Shown here: piece after piece, positions 37,545 to 48,054 of the stretch | Numbering within the stretch: the stretch's first letter is position 1 | Layout of the letters: each line of letters starts with the position of its first letter | Notes under the pieces: generated by a model | What the model was told of the DNA's origin: nothing | Databases searched by the model: none | What the model saw: only the letters and a program-made list of their open reading frames with translations | Made by a program: the position numbers and the translations under genes | Assembly: GCA_963816185.1 (NCBI GenBank) | Contig: CAWFJJ010000025.1 | Location: 416,001 to 480,000 of the forward strand | DNA length: 64,000 nucleotides | Reading direction: 5' to 3' | Origin: Thermoanaerobaculia bacterium | Lineage (GTDB): Bacteria > Acidobacteriota > Thermoanaerobaculia > UBA5066

Positions 37545-38111
37545 TCAACTTATCCAATCCTCAGGCTCGATGTAACCGAGCGGCTCGATCCCTCGTTCCG
37601 TCAGGCGACTTCGGACGGTCTCATGGACGACGATTCCAGTAACACTCTCGGCCAGCCGAAACAGGAGCGGCCCTCGCACCCGACTCGGATCGATCTCCAC
37701 GGCATCGAAACTCATGGCGATGAGCCGGTGAGGCTGTTCGGGATCGAAGCGTGACTTTCCAAGATCGACCGCCGAAATCTGGCCGATGACATTGACAGCT
37801 TTGTATTCCGTCCATTCGCTCCCGTCCTCGGGATCGACGATCAAGGCGTCGTAGCAGTCAAGGTTGTCGACGCCCGCGTCCCGAAGTGCCTCGATCATCT
37901 TCTCGTGCATCAGCGGCACGGGTCCCTTGAAGAGCCAGGGCAGCTCACCGGGCACGTCCGGGTCGAGTTCGCACCGGAACGGCTGCGGGATCGCGCGGCT
38001 GAAACGGGCCCCCGCATACCAGTTCACGCCGTCTATGTGGGGAGCCTTGCCGACCGCCGCGAGCGGCGTCGCATCGTCGAAGGCCTTCTCCTCCAGGAAG
38101 AAATAACTCAC
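37545..38111 (-). CDS. Imm11/DUF1629-like immunity protein
   Basis: PLMH...IEALR..GVDN, YKAVNVIG, LFRLAES...IVVHE; immediately downstream of the AHH nuclease. Confidence 0.72.
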   Translation of the reverse strand: MSYFFLEEKAFDDATPLAAVGKAPHIDGVNWYAGARFSRAIPQPFRCELDPDVPGELPWLFKGPVPLMHEKMIEALRDAGVDNLDCYDALIVDPEDGSEWTEYKAVNVIGQISAVDLGKSRFDPEQPHRLIAMSFDAVEIDPSRVRGPLLFRLAESVTGIVVHETVRSRLTERGIEPLGYIEPEDWIS

Positions 38112-38136
38112 GGTTGCCTCTAAACCTGTCGGCCTC

Positions 38137-39222
38137 CTAGGCGTCGTCGTCCTCGTCGGCTTCTATCCGGTACAGCCTGAGCGATTCATCGTTGCGATGC
38201 TTCCAGTACTGAAGACACATTCCCGAGGTATAGAGGGGCAGACGCCATGAGGTGGGCGGCCCGACGAGGAGCCCTTTGAGGCGACCGGAAAGTGAGTTCA
38301 GCCATCCCACGAGCTTGTATGGCGGCCAGAGTTTGCCGTCCGGCGGTCGCACGTCCCGACACTTCGTGCAGGTCAGGTGTACGTCGATCATGTAGAGAAG
38401 GACGCTCAGGCGCTCAAGAGCCTCCCTCACGAACTTGCTGTACTCGGTGTGCCCGTCGTGGTACTGGGTGTCCACCTTCTGCATGGCCGCCACGGTATAG
38501 AGAAAGTAGTAGTCGAACGGCTCACGCTCCGGCTCCTTTCCGGTCTCGCCGTCGGGCTTTTCGACGAAATCCTCTCCGTCGAGCGGGTCGTCATCCGGCT
38601 TGGTCTGCGTTCTCATTTTCTTGACGACAGACCGCGGTTTCCTCTTCTTGGCCTCCTTCTTACCGAAGACGTCTGCGACGACCTCGCGCGCCCGAAGCGC
38701 GTAGGGACCGGGCAGCCAGATGCCGTTTTGAACGCCGTTGACGTCGTACCCGACATTTGCCGTCAGCTTTCCGCCGCTCACGGTGGTGGGCTGCCGCTTC
38801 TTCTTCTTCGAGACCTTGTCGACGACGACGCTTTGATAGAACTGCGCCGTATCCTTGAAAAGGTAAACGGCCAATGCCTGGGCCGGCCGGAGAGAAGCCT
38901 GGGCCGGAATGAGGTGGTGCGCGGCGCAGGTCAGAGGCAGGGTTTCCGGGTCGTGTCCGCCCAGACGAATCGGCCGGGGGACCTGATACAGAGAGCTCCC
39001 CTTGTCTCGTGACGGCCGCATGGCGGCGGCGATGCCAGAGGCTTGGTGCTCCTTGAGGACGATCGTCTGGGTGGGCTTCTCCATGTTGTCGCCCAGGACG
39101 TCGCCGTCGCCCAGAAAGTTGTTGTCGGGATTGGGGAAATCCGCCTTCTCGTGGGGAAAGGGGCATTCGTACCTCGGCTCGAGGATGAAATTGACGGTGA
39201 CGGATTCCATCAGTTCGGTCAT
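38137..39222 (-). CDS. AHH-family (HNH/EndoVII fold) nuclease effector
   Basis: AAHHLIP, GYDVNGVQNGIWLP, QYHDGH.EY motifs. Confidence 0.8.
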   Translation of the reverse strand: MTELMESVTVNFILEPRYECPFPHEKADFPNPDNNFLGDGDVLGDNMEKPTQTIVLKEHQASGIAAAMRPSRDKGSSLYQVPRPIRLGGHDPETLPLTCAAHHLIPAQASLRPAQALAVYLFKDTAQFYQSVVVDKVSKKKKRQPTTVSGGKLTANVGYDVNGVQNGIWLPGPYALRAREVVADVFGKKEAKKRKPRSVVKKMRTQTKPDDDPLDGEDFVEKPDGETGKEPEREPFDYYFLYTVAAMQKVDTQYHDGHTEYSKFVREALERLSVLLYMIDVHLTCTKCRDVRPPDGKLWPPYKLVGWLNSLSGRLKGLLVGPPTSWRLPLYTSGMCLQYWKHRNDESLRLYRIEADEDDDA

Positions 39223-39242
39223 TGCGGCTCCCGAGTGCTCGT

Positions 39243-39632
39243 CTAGCCCATGATGTTCTTCTTGTTGTGGAAGAGAGGGTCGCCCATTCGGCACACGTTG
39301 TTGCCTTCGAACTTGACGTCGAAGGAGTAGATCATGAACTCGCAGACGCTCATGTTGACGCTCGAGAGGATGCCGCCGGCGACGCCCGCCTCGTCTCCCG
39401 ACGACCGCGAGTACTGCGCCCCCTTTACCATAGGCATCTGACCGTCCGTCGTGACGGTGTTCGGACCTTGTGACGTGTCCGAAGACATTCCGATGTTCGG
39501 ATAGGGAATCGGGACGGGGCTTGGCGACGGCGGCGCGGGCGTCTTGCAGACGTCGGGGAAGGCCACGATGCTCATTCCGCCGCTTCCTTTGTGAGCGATG
39601 CCGCGGAAGTTCGCAAAAGTGGCCTGGCCCAT
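39243..39632 (-). CDS. Stand-alone PAAR-like DUF4150 spike-tip protein
   Basis: FPDVCKTP..P.PVPIPYPN, SSGDEAG..GG..S, SFDVKFEG.NVCRMGD. Confidence 0.9.
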   Translation of the reverse strand: MGQATFANFRGIAHKGSGGMSIVAFPDVCKTPAPPSPSPVPIPYPNIGMSSDTSQGPNTVTTDGQMPMVKGAQYSRSSGDEAGVAGGILSSVNMSVCEFMIYSFDVKFEGNNVCRMGDPLFHNKKNIMG

Positions 39633-39634
39633 AC

Positions 39635-40695
39635 TCAAATCCCTCCCCCTGGAAGAACCGACAGGGAAGCCCTCGGGCCATAGTCCGATGAGGCGTAGAC
39701 GAGCGCGGGACCGCGCCCCGCGTCGAGGCTGGCGAGGCCCACCAGAAGCGCCCCGGAGGCCGCCCCGGTGTCGCCGAAGCAATCAGCCGGATGGCTCATC
39801 GCGTGAGACTCTTCGAAGGCGTTGCGGGAGCGCAAGAACGCCACACCCCATTCCTTCGCCCAGTGGCTCTCACCGTTCATCGAGGACCAGACCGAGACGA
39901 ATGGCTTGGGCGGGGCCGCGGACCTAACCAGGGACTGGATCGTCGCCGCGAGGCCCTCGCCGAGGTACGTTTCTTTGCTCCCGAGGTGGCCTTTCTCGAA
40001 ACCTTCGAAGACTTCGGAGACGACGGCGAGCGCGGGGAGACGCGCGGCCGCCGCGGCTTGCGGATTCGCGAGGAGGAGAAACGCAGCCCCCTCGCCCGGG
40101 ACGAAGCCATCGAGATGAGCGCCAGACTTCACGCGCTTCTCGAGATCGAGCGTCCCCAGCGTGTAGAGATCGACGTACGAGTCGAGGCCGCCGGCGACCG
40201 CGAACTTCACCTTCCCTGATCGGACCGATGCCGCGGCCCGCCCAACCGCGGCGAGGCCACCGGCCCGGCCGGTCGTGAGCGTCGTGCTTGCGGCAAGGTC
40301 GAAGCAGCCCCCGGTCTGGACCTCAAGGAGCTTCAGGAACCGCACGGCGTCGAGCGGGCGCTTCCTTTCCGGCTCGGGAAGAGAAAGGACGAGCGGCGGC
40401 CTTTCGGCACCGCGGCCGGCGGGAACCAAGCATTCGGCGAGGGCGCGCGCGCCGATCCGGAGAAAACGGGCATCGCGTGCGCTTAGGCCGCGGGTCTTCG
40501 CGACGTCAGGCAAAAGCCCCGGGAGACCGTCGTCCGGGACGGCCGCGACGGTGAAGGGCTCGAACCGATGGTCGAGCCAGTCGATCTGGGCGAAGCGCAT
40601 CGTCGCGGCTCGGACTGAGGCCGCCGTCTCGGAGCCGACAGGCCGACCGCCGTGACCATTCCGATCCGGGCCACGACGATTTCGGGCGACGCCAC
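39635..40695 (-). CDS. Ketoacyl-synthase/thiolase-fold protein of DUF2169 cassettes, frameshifted near 40630
   Basis: GMVTAVGLSA..TAASVRA, GRAGG, GGLDSY, GFVPGEGAAF, MNGE, HPADCFGDTGAASG. Confidence 0.8.
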
Positions 40696-40703
40696 CGGCC
40701 CTC

Positions 40704-41712
40704 CTAGGCCGCCCTCGCGACGATCGGCTCGATCTCGCGGACTTTCAAGAGCCGCTTGTCGCAGGGAAGGGCGGCGCGCCACACGAGAACGAGGCGTGAC
40801 TCGTCGGGACGGAGGATTACCGTGTCGAGATTCGCGGATTTTCTCTCTTCGCCGGAGTCGAGACGAAAAACGACATCCACGCGGCGGGCCGGGAGATTGA
40901 ATCTCAAGGCGCCCGAGGGAGTGCACCGACAACCTCCACAGGCTCTCCACCTTTCAGGTATCCGGGTACTTGTTGGTCTTCGGGCGCGATCTGCAGGAAG
41001 CGCGAATCGAAATCCTTCGGAAGGTACGGCGCGCGATCTTGCAGCCACGCCGCGTCGTACGTCCCGGCATACTTCGGGCGTGGCTTCCAGTGCGGTGCAA
41101 CCGCTCCGAAGCAGACGGGCGCCGGCCGATCTCCGGCGAGGAGATGAGCCGTGCCGGATCCTCGAGGTTCGGCAGGGCGATTCCCTCGAGCTTTCGCCCG
41201 CTCATACGTGAACGAAAGCCGGCCCCGACCGGGTTTCGATCCTCTCCGTCGGAGCGATGCGGGTCGCCGGGCAGGGTTTCGGCGCCCCGAAGGCCCGCTC
41301 CCAGACGAGCGCCATCCTATCGAAGGGCTCGGGCGCGGAGATGCGGGTCAGCACCGTTCCGCCCCACCGGCGGGCTCCGAAGACGGCCACGCGTTCTCGA
41401 TCGGACCGATCCTCAGGGAAACCTCGGCGTGCGTCGTCGGGCGGCCGCCCGGGCCGTAGGCGTGACCGAAAAGAAGAACGTCGGTCCCCGGCTTGACGAG
41501 CCCGACGTCGGCAGGCTCGGTAACGCTCGTCTTCAGCGGGTCGCCGTGGAAGCGGTCGGCGACGAGGATCGGCGTTGCTTTTCGGCTTCCTCGACGCGCG
41601 GGCCGAGGGTGAACGTGCCCTTGACGATCGCGAAGAGGGTCTCGATACCTTCAGGATCGGGCGCCGAAAAGAGTGTCGCGGTGAAATGTGTGCGATTCTT
41701 GAGCTGAAGCAT
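40704..41712 (-). CDS. DUF2169 T6SS adaptor, several frameshifts
   Basis: N-terminal IVKGTF, AVFGARRW, EPFDRMALVWERAFG, LPNLEDP, LDTVIL.PD..RLVLVWRA fragments in alternating frames. Confidence 0.78.
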
Positions 41713-41728
41713 TGCGTCGTCGTCCCGC

Positions 41729-43892
41729 TCAGTTCTGCGAGATTTTGCTTCCCTTCATGGCGATGTCCGAGCTCGCCTTGATGTTGATCTTGCCGCTGCC
41801 GGAGATCGTGATGTCCTTTCCCTTGATCGTGATCGTTCCGTCTTTCTTGAGCACGATGCTCGCGTCGCCCGTTTGAAGCTGGATCTGATCCGCCGCAGAC
41901 AAGGAGAACTTCTTGCCCACCTGAATGTTGTCGTCCTTGGCGATCTGGACAGCGGAGCTCCCGCCGACCTCAAGCGCATCGTCCCTACCGATGTTCATCG
42001 TACGGTTGCCGTTGACCGTCAGGGTTTCGTTCTTGGCGACCGTTTCTGTTCGGTCCGCGCCGATCGAGATCGTCTCGTTCTTTTCCACAGTCTCTGTTCG
42101 GTTCCCGCCGATCGTGATCGTCTCGTTCTTGTCGACGGTCTCCGTCCGGTTGGCGTGGATCGTGATCGTTTCGTTGTTGTCGACCGTCTCGGTCCGGTTC
42201 GTGCTCGACCGAAATGGTCTCGTCGTGGTCGATCGTCTTCGTGCGGTCGTGCCCGACCGAGTGCGTCTCGTCGTTCTCGACCTCGATGTCCTGGTCCTTC
42301 TCGGCGTGGATGAGGAGCTGCTCGCGACCCTTCTTGTCCTCGAAGCGGATCTCGTTGAAGTTCGCCGGGCCGCCGCCGAGGCTGCTGCGGCTCTTGATGC
42401 CGCTCTGCGTCTTGTTCGCGGGCAGGTCGTACGGCGGCATCTGCTCGGCGTTGTAGACGCTGCCGATGATGATCGGCTGATCGGGGTCGCCCTTCGAGGA
42501 AGTCGACGATGACCTCCTGGCCGATGCGCGGGATGTGGATGGCGCCCCACTGCTTGCCGGCCCACGGCGTCGCGACGCGCACCCAGCAGGAGCTGTCGGC
42601 GTCCTTCTTGCCCTCGCGGTCCCAGTGGAACTGCACCTTCACGCGGCCGTACTTGTCGGTGAAGATCTCCTCGCCCGGCTGGCCCGACCACGACGGCGGT
42701 CTGCGGCCCCTCGACCGTCGGCGCGGCGTGACGCGCGGCGGCCGGTACGGCAGGCCGGCCGGGATGCACGTGAAGTGGTTCTGGTAGGAGAAGCCGTCCG
42801 TCGCCGGACCGCAGGTCGGCGGCCTCGGCGCCGGTGTGCTCGACCTCGTAGACGACGCAGGGCCGTCTCCGTCGAAATGGCGCTCGAGCGTGAACTTGTG
42901 GCCCGAGACGATGTGGCGGCAGTTGCTCGCGCCTGCACGAGAACGCTGGCGGCCGCCTCTGCCTGCATCCGGAGGTCCACGGTGCGCTTGTTGTCCTGGA
43001 AGATCTTCTGGAGCTCCGGCGGGCTGCTCGCCGCCGCCCTTGTCGATGCCGTCGAAGCGCTGGGCGTAGCCGCCGGGGAAGTCGTAGAGCTCGAGCTGTC
43101 GTTGCCCGCGAGCTTCAGCTTGTGGCTCGCCTTCCCGCCCGCGACGGAATCCTGGATGGGCACTCGGCGTCTCGAGGTGCTCTTGTGGGGCAGCTCGAAG
43201 CAGTGGTCCCAGAGCGTGACCTTGCCGGAACGCATCTCCTGCGCCTTCTCCCAGGCTAGATCCGGTCCTCTTCGCGGGTCCCCCCCCGACGGCCTCGAAG
43301 ATCAGCTTGCTCGCGCCCGGCAGAGTCCGAATGACTGCCCGGCGTGTTCGCGACGACCATCGTGTGGCTGCCGTCGGAGTGCTTGAAGAAGTAGTAGATC
43401 CCCTCCTCTTCCATCAGCCGGCTGGCGAAGTCGAAGTCGGTTTCGCGGTACTGGACGCAGTAGTCCCGCGGCTCGAACGGTCCCTGGATCTCCCAGGTGA
43501 CGTCGAGACCCGTCAGGACCTTCTTCAGGATGTCGGGCACGGTGATGTGCTGGAAGATGCGGCTCTGCGTCTTGCGGGTCAGGAGCGAAGGCTCGGGACG
43601 AGGTCGAGCAGGTACCGGGTGAACGTCGCGTCGCGTTCGCCCTGCGCGACGCTTCGAGACGACCCGTTGATATGCTTCTTGGCGACTTCGGGGAGGGACC
43701 TCGACGGTGATCGGCTGGCCCAGCAGAGAGTCGAAGAGGATTTCTTCGCGTCTCATTCTCGGCGACGCACTCGAGCTGAAAAAGGAAGGGTCGGGAGATC
43801 GCTTCGTGTCCCGAAAACCCGCTTAGGAGCAAGACGTCGCCACCCAACGGCGTCGTGACCTGGAGTCGGCGGCCGGCTTGCGTGTAGGGCAC
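41729..43892 (-). CDS. vgrG: VgrG (TssI) spike protein 1, several frameshifts
   Basis: [66 protein letters not shown]...HAEKD, gp5-like beta-helix repeats. Confidence 0.9.
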
Positions 43893-43976
43893 TCAGCACC
43901 TCCCGAAACGGGAGTCACGAACCTCTTTCTCTTCCGGAGGAGGCGGAAAAATAGACCCCGCGAGGCTCCGTGACAT

Positions 43977-44525
43977 TCAGCCGCCAACGATGACCGTCAG
44001 GCAGCCCGTGACGATCTTGTTGGGCGGGCCGATCGCCTCGACGATCGTGTCCCCCATGCGGCACGCGGGTGCGTTCTCGATCGAGACCGTCGACGAGCCG
44101 TCGACGACGACGCCCGGCCCGTGCGGAGGGATGGGCCACGGCATGGCGCAGGCGTGGACACTCGCGCCTCCGGCGGCCGCCATCGCGGTGATGGAGGCGC
44201 CCATCGAAGCCGCCGTGGACGACTTGGCAAGTTCGGCGGCGACCCGGGCGGTTGTCGCAGCGGCGATCGCGACCGGGGCGCCGGGCGTGCCGGCGGCAGC
44301 GACGGCGGCAGCCTCCGCGACCAGGGCTACGGTTTCCAGGGTCTGGAGCGTCGCCTGGGCCGAAGCCTGCGCCGGCATCAGCCCGGCACCTGCCGCGAGA
44401 GGTACTCCCTTCCACGCCGGCAGGTTTCCGATGAGGACCGTCAGGGCAGTGGGGGCCCCCGTGAGGACCGGCGGTGTCGGGTGCACGACGGGATCGGTGA
44501 GGCGGGCTGCGGGACCTTGTGGCAT
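43977..44525 (-). CDS. PAAR-domain protein with Ala-rich insertion
   Basis: PAARLTD, VLIGNLPAW, H.C....PPHGPG.V..GS.TV.I...PACRMGD. Confidence 0.85.
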   Translation of the reverse strand: MPQGPAARLTDPVVHPTPPVLTGAPTALTVLIGNLPAWKGVPLAAGAGLMPAQASAQATLQTLETVALVAEAAAVAAAGTPGAPVAIAAATTARVAAELAKSSTAASMGASITAMAAAGGASVHACAMPWPIPPHGPGVVVDGSSTVSIENAPACRMGDTIVEAIGPPNKIVTGCLTVIVGG

Positions 44526-44549
44526 GTGTGACCTCTGCTTCCGATACGA

Positions 44550-45130
44550 CTAGATGCGGCTGAACACGCCCTTGCGCCGAAGCAGCCTCACGTCTCCGAC
44601 ATTCAACTCACAATCGAGATTCTCGGCATGGCCCACCGTGTATTTGCTGCGAACGAAGAAGAGATCCGGCCACGAGCTCGCTTCGGCTTCGAACCCTTCC
44701 GCCGTGCTCCTGAGGAACTGGACACGCAACAGCACGGTCGCGACGAGAATCTCGTCACAGGCCTTGGGCTCGGAAGGCGGGTAGTAGGGGCTCTCTTCCT
44801 GCAGGGGCAATGAGAGCTCAACGGAGCGGGCGAGGGTGCCTCCCGGGGCGACCTTCGTTCCCAGGGGGATGATGCGTGCCTTGATGTCGCGATCGGCCGG
44901 CAAGGGGGCGATCCCCTTCAGAACCAGCGCCGCGGCGGGCTCGCGGTAGCAGATGAAGAAGCTCGAAGGGTCGGTGACCGCGCTCCGTCCTTGAGCGGCC
45001 GCCAGAGGGGACGCATCGAGGACATAGAGGTCGCGCCGGCGTTGCTGGATACGGAGTAGTGGAGCCCCAGGCGGCCGGGAAGGAGCTCTGAACGGCAGGT
45101 GAAGGTCACGTCTTTAGGAGCTGCGTTCAT
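44550..45130 (-). CDS. Hypothetical protein, probable immunity gene for the VgrG2 toxin; frameshifted
   Basis: Directly downstream of the VgrG C-terminal peptidase; ATG at 45130 after AAAGGAG; fragments in more than one frame. Confidence 0.5.
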
Positions 45131-45260
45131 GAGTCCGTCTCCTTTGCCCATCGAAAAGCTCTGTCGTCGCGCCACAAGGGTGGCGGCTCGTACGACGGCC
45201 CCGCTCGCGACGAGGCCCATGAGAAGAACCGCGCGCCTCGGACATTGTCCGCTTCCATGG

Positions 45261-47902
45261 CTAGAGCTCATGGTGCCCGTTCGTCAGCTTGCCAACCTTG
45301 GGTGTTCTTTCACCGCGGTAGTCCTGCTCGTCCGAGATGGTGTTGAACTCCTCCTGGTTGTCGAAGTTGTCGGCTCGAGGTGTTCCGTCCCGGGTGCCAT
45401 GCGTGTGATGGTCGGCATGAGTCAGCTCATGGAAGAGCGTGACGTCGCTCGGCGTCTCGGTCGGGCTGAGCGCCTTGGGCGGAGGCCACACGGACGGGTC
45501 GTAATCGACCGTCGTATCGGTCCCCTTCCCGGTACCGCCGGTAGCCACGGAGTTCGAATCCGGGCCGTTTGTGGGTGTCGTGCCGGCGTTGAAGTCCTTG
45601 GTAGGCCTTTTCTTTATGTCCACGTTGTGGCCCGAACCGTCCAGGCGCGCGAGAAGATCCTGCCCCTTCTTCGTCGTTCCGATGAGGGCGATGTCGGCGA
45701 GAGCGGCCTGTGCAAAGGCGGGATCCGCGCCTTCCACCGTTATGGCCTTTCCCACCTTGAAGTTACCGGTAGCCGGGACGAATGTAACCGCGGGCCCATG
45801 CTGGGAGTGGAGGACGCGCTTGCGTCTTCCGCCTCCGCCGGCCGGCCGTGGACGATCGAGGAAGCCAGGCTCTCCCGTGTCGGAGGTCTCGGCGCCCGCG
45901 GGATCCTCGATCGAGGGATCTCCGGTCGAGTCGCCAGAGCCTCCGGAGTTGATCTTCACGATCGGTCCGTTGATGGTCACACCGGTCAGATCGATGACGA
46001 CGAAGCTGCTTCCGACCTTCAGGCTGATTTTGGAAAGGGCCTCAATGGCGATCTGGCGCGCGTTCAATTCGTACTTGCCGGTCACAAGCGTCGCTTCGGT
46101 GCTCTCGAAGTCGTTGACGACCTCACCCTTGACGGTGAAATTGAGAGGTTTTTCGATTCCTTCGTACAGGCCGCCGCCGATATGGAGATTGTGGTCCCCG
46201 CCCACCGAGATGTTCAGGCTGCCTCCCTTTTCCGTGCCACCCGCGAGCCCGATGACCTCGTGGCGATTGGCGTGAACGGTTTCAAAGAGAGACCCACGCA
46301 CCCGCACGTCCATTCGTTTCTGCGATGGATGAAGACCTCCTCGTTGCCTTTCTTGTCCTCGAGCCGAACTCGTTGAACTCCTTCGGGTCACCTTTCAGCG
46401 TGCTGCGGCTCTTGATGCCGCTCTGCGTCTTGTCGGGGAGCTCGTACGGCGGCATGTTGTCGGAGTTGTAGACGCTTCCGACGATCAGCGGCCGGTCCGG
46501 ATCGCCCTTCGAGAAGTCACCACGACCTCGTTTCCGATACGGGGCCAGAAGAAGCTCCCCAGCGCTTACCCGCCCACGGCTGGGCCACGCGAACCCAGCA
46601 CGAGCTGTCGGAGTCCTTCTTCCCTTCGCGGTCCCAGTGAAACTGAACCTTCACCCGGCCATACTTGTCCAGAAGATCTCCTCGCCCGGCGGGCCCACGA
46701 CGACTGCGGTCTGTGTCCCCACCATCGTCGGCCTCGGCGTGACGCGCGGCGGCCGGAAGGGAAGGGCCGCCGGGAAGCAGGAAAACTTGCTCTCGTAGGT
46801 GAAGCCGCCGTCGTCGGATCGGACGTCGGCCGCCTCGGAAGCGGCGTGCTCGACCTTGTAGAGGACCCATGGGCCGTCGCCCTCGAAATGGCGCTCCAGG
46901 GTGAACTTGTGCCCCGAGACGAGGTGCCGGACATTGCCGGCTCCCTGAACGAGGACGCTCGCGGCCGCCTGCTCCTGGATCCTGATCTCGGCGGTCCTGA
47001 CGTTGTCAGTGAAGATCTTGCTGAGCTCGGCGGCCTGCTCGCCGCCGCCCTTGTTGATTCCGTCGAATCGCTGGGCGTAAGCCCCGGGATAGTCGTAGAG
47101 CTCGAGCTTGTCGTTGTTCGCAAGCTTGAGCTTGTGGCTGGACTTTCCGGCGGCGACGGAGCCCAGGATGAGCGACTCGGCTTCGAGGTGCTTGTGGGGG
47201 AGCTCGAAGCAGTGGTCCCAGAGCGTGACCTTGCCCGAGCAGAGCTCCTGCGCCTTTTCCCAGGCATTGACGCGGTCCTCTTCGCGGGTCCCCCCCCCGA
47301 CGGCCTCGAAGATCAGGTTGTTCTTGCCGGGCAGGTCCGGGTGGCTGGCTGGCGAGTTCGCGACGACCATCTGGTGGGCGCCGTCGCTGTGCTTGAAGAA
47401 GTAGAAGATCCCCTCCTCCTCCATGAGGCGGCTGGCGAAGGCGAAGTCCGATTCGCGGTACTGAACGCAGAAATCGCGGGGCTGGAAGACCCCTTGAAGC
47501 TCGTAGCTTCACGTCGAGCTCGGCCAGCACCTTCTTGAGGATGTCGGGAACGGAAACGTGCTGGAAGATCCGACTCTGCGTCTTCTTCGAGAGGAGCCAG
47601 AGCCGGGGCACGGTCTCCAGCACGTGCCTCGTGAACACGGCGTCACGCGCGCCCTGAGAGACGCGGCGGCAGATGCCGTTGAGGTACTTCTTGGAGTTCC
47701 CGGGGAGAGTGATCTCGACCGTGATGCTCTGCCCCAGGAGCGCGTCGAAGGGAATCTTCTTCGTGTTCTCGGCGACGCACTTGAGCTGGAAGGAGAAGAG
47801 GCTCGAGATCGACTCGTGTCCCGTGAACCCGTTCAGGAGCAGGTCGTCCTTCCCGAGCGGCGTCTTGACCACGAGCCTGCGACCATCCTGCGTATAGGCC
47901 AT
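45261..47902 (-). CDS. vgrG: Evolved VgrG 2 with C-terminal HExxH zinc metallopeptidase (M91-like) domain; several frameshifts
   Basis: VgrG motifs as in copy 1, DUF2345-like segment, then YDP......LFHELTHA...EE....E..YR. Confidence 0.85.
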
Positions 47903-48054
47903 TCAGCACCCCCCGAAGGCCGAACGTCGACAAAGCTAGGTTGGCGGCGCCCCCCGCGCTGTAACGCGAGTCACGAACTGGTCGTCCTCCCGGACGAGGC
48001 GGAAGAATACTCCTCCGGAGCTCCGCGACCGAGACTCAGTTCGGTGAGGGATGT

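Noticed and set aside
41990-42260. Tandem DNA repeats in the vgrG1 3' region as a separate element
   Set aside because: They encode the ordinary gp5-like beta-helix repeats (NRTETV.KNETI.I) of VgrG.
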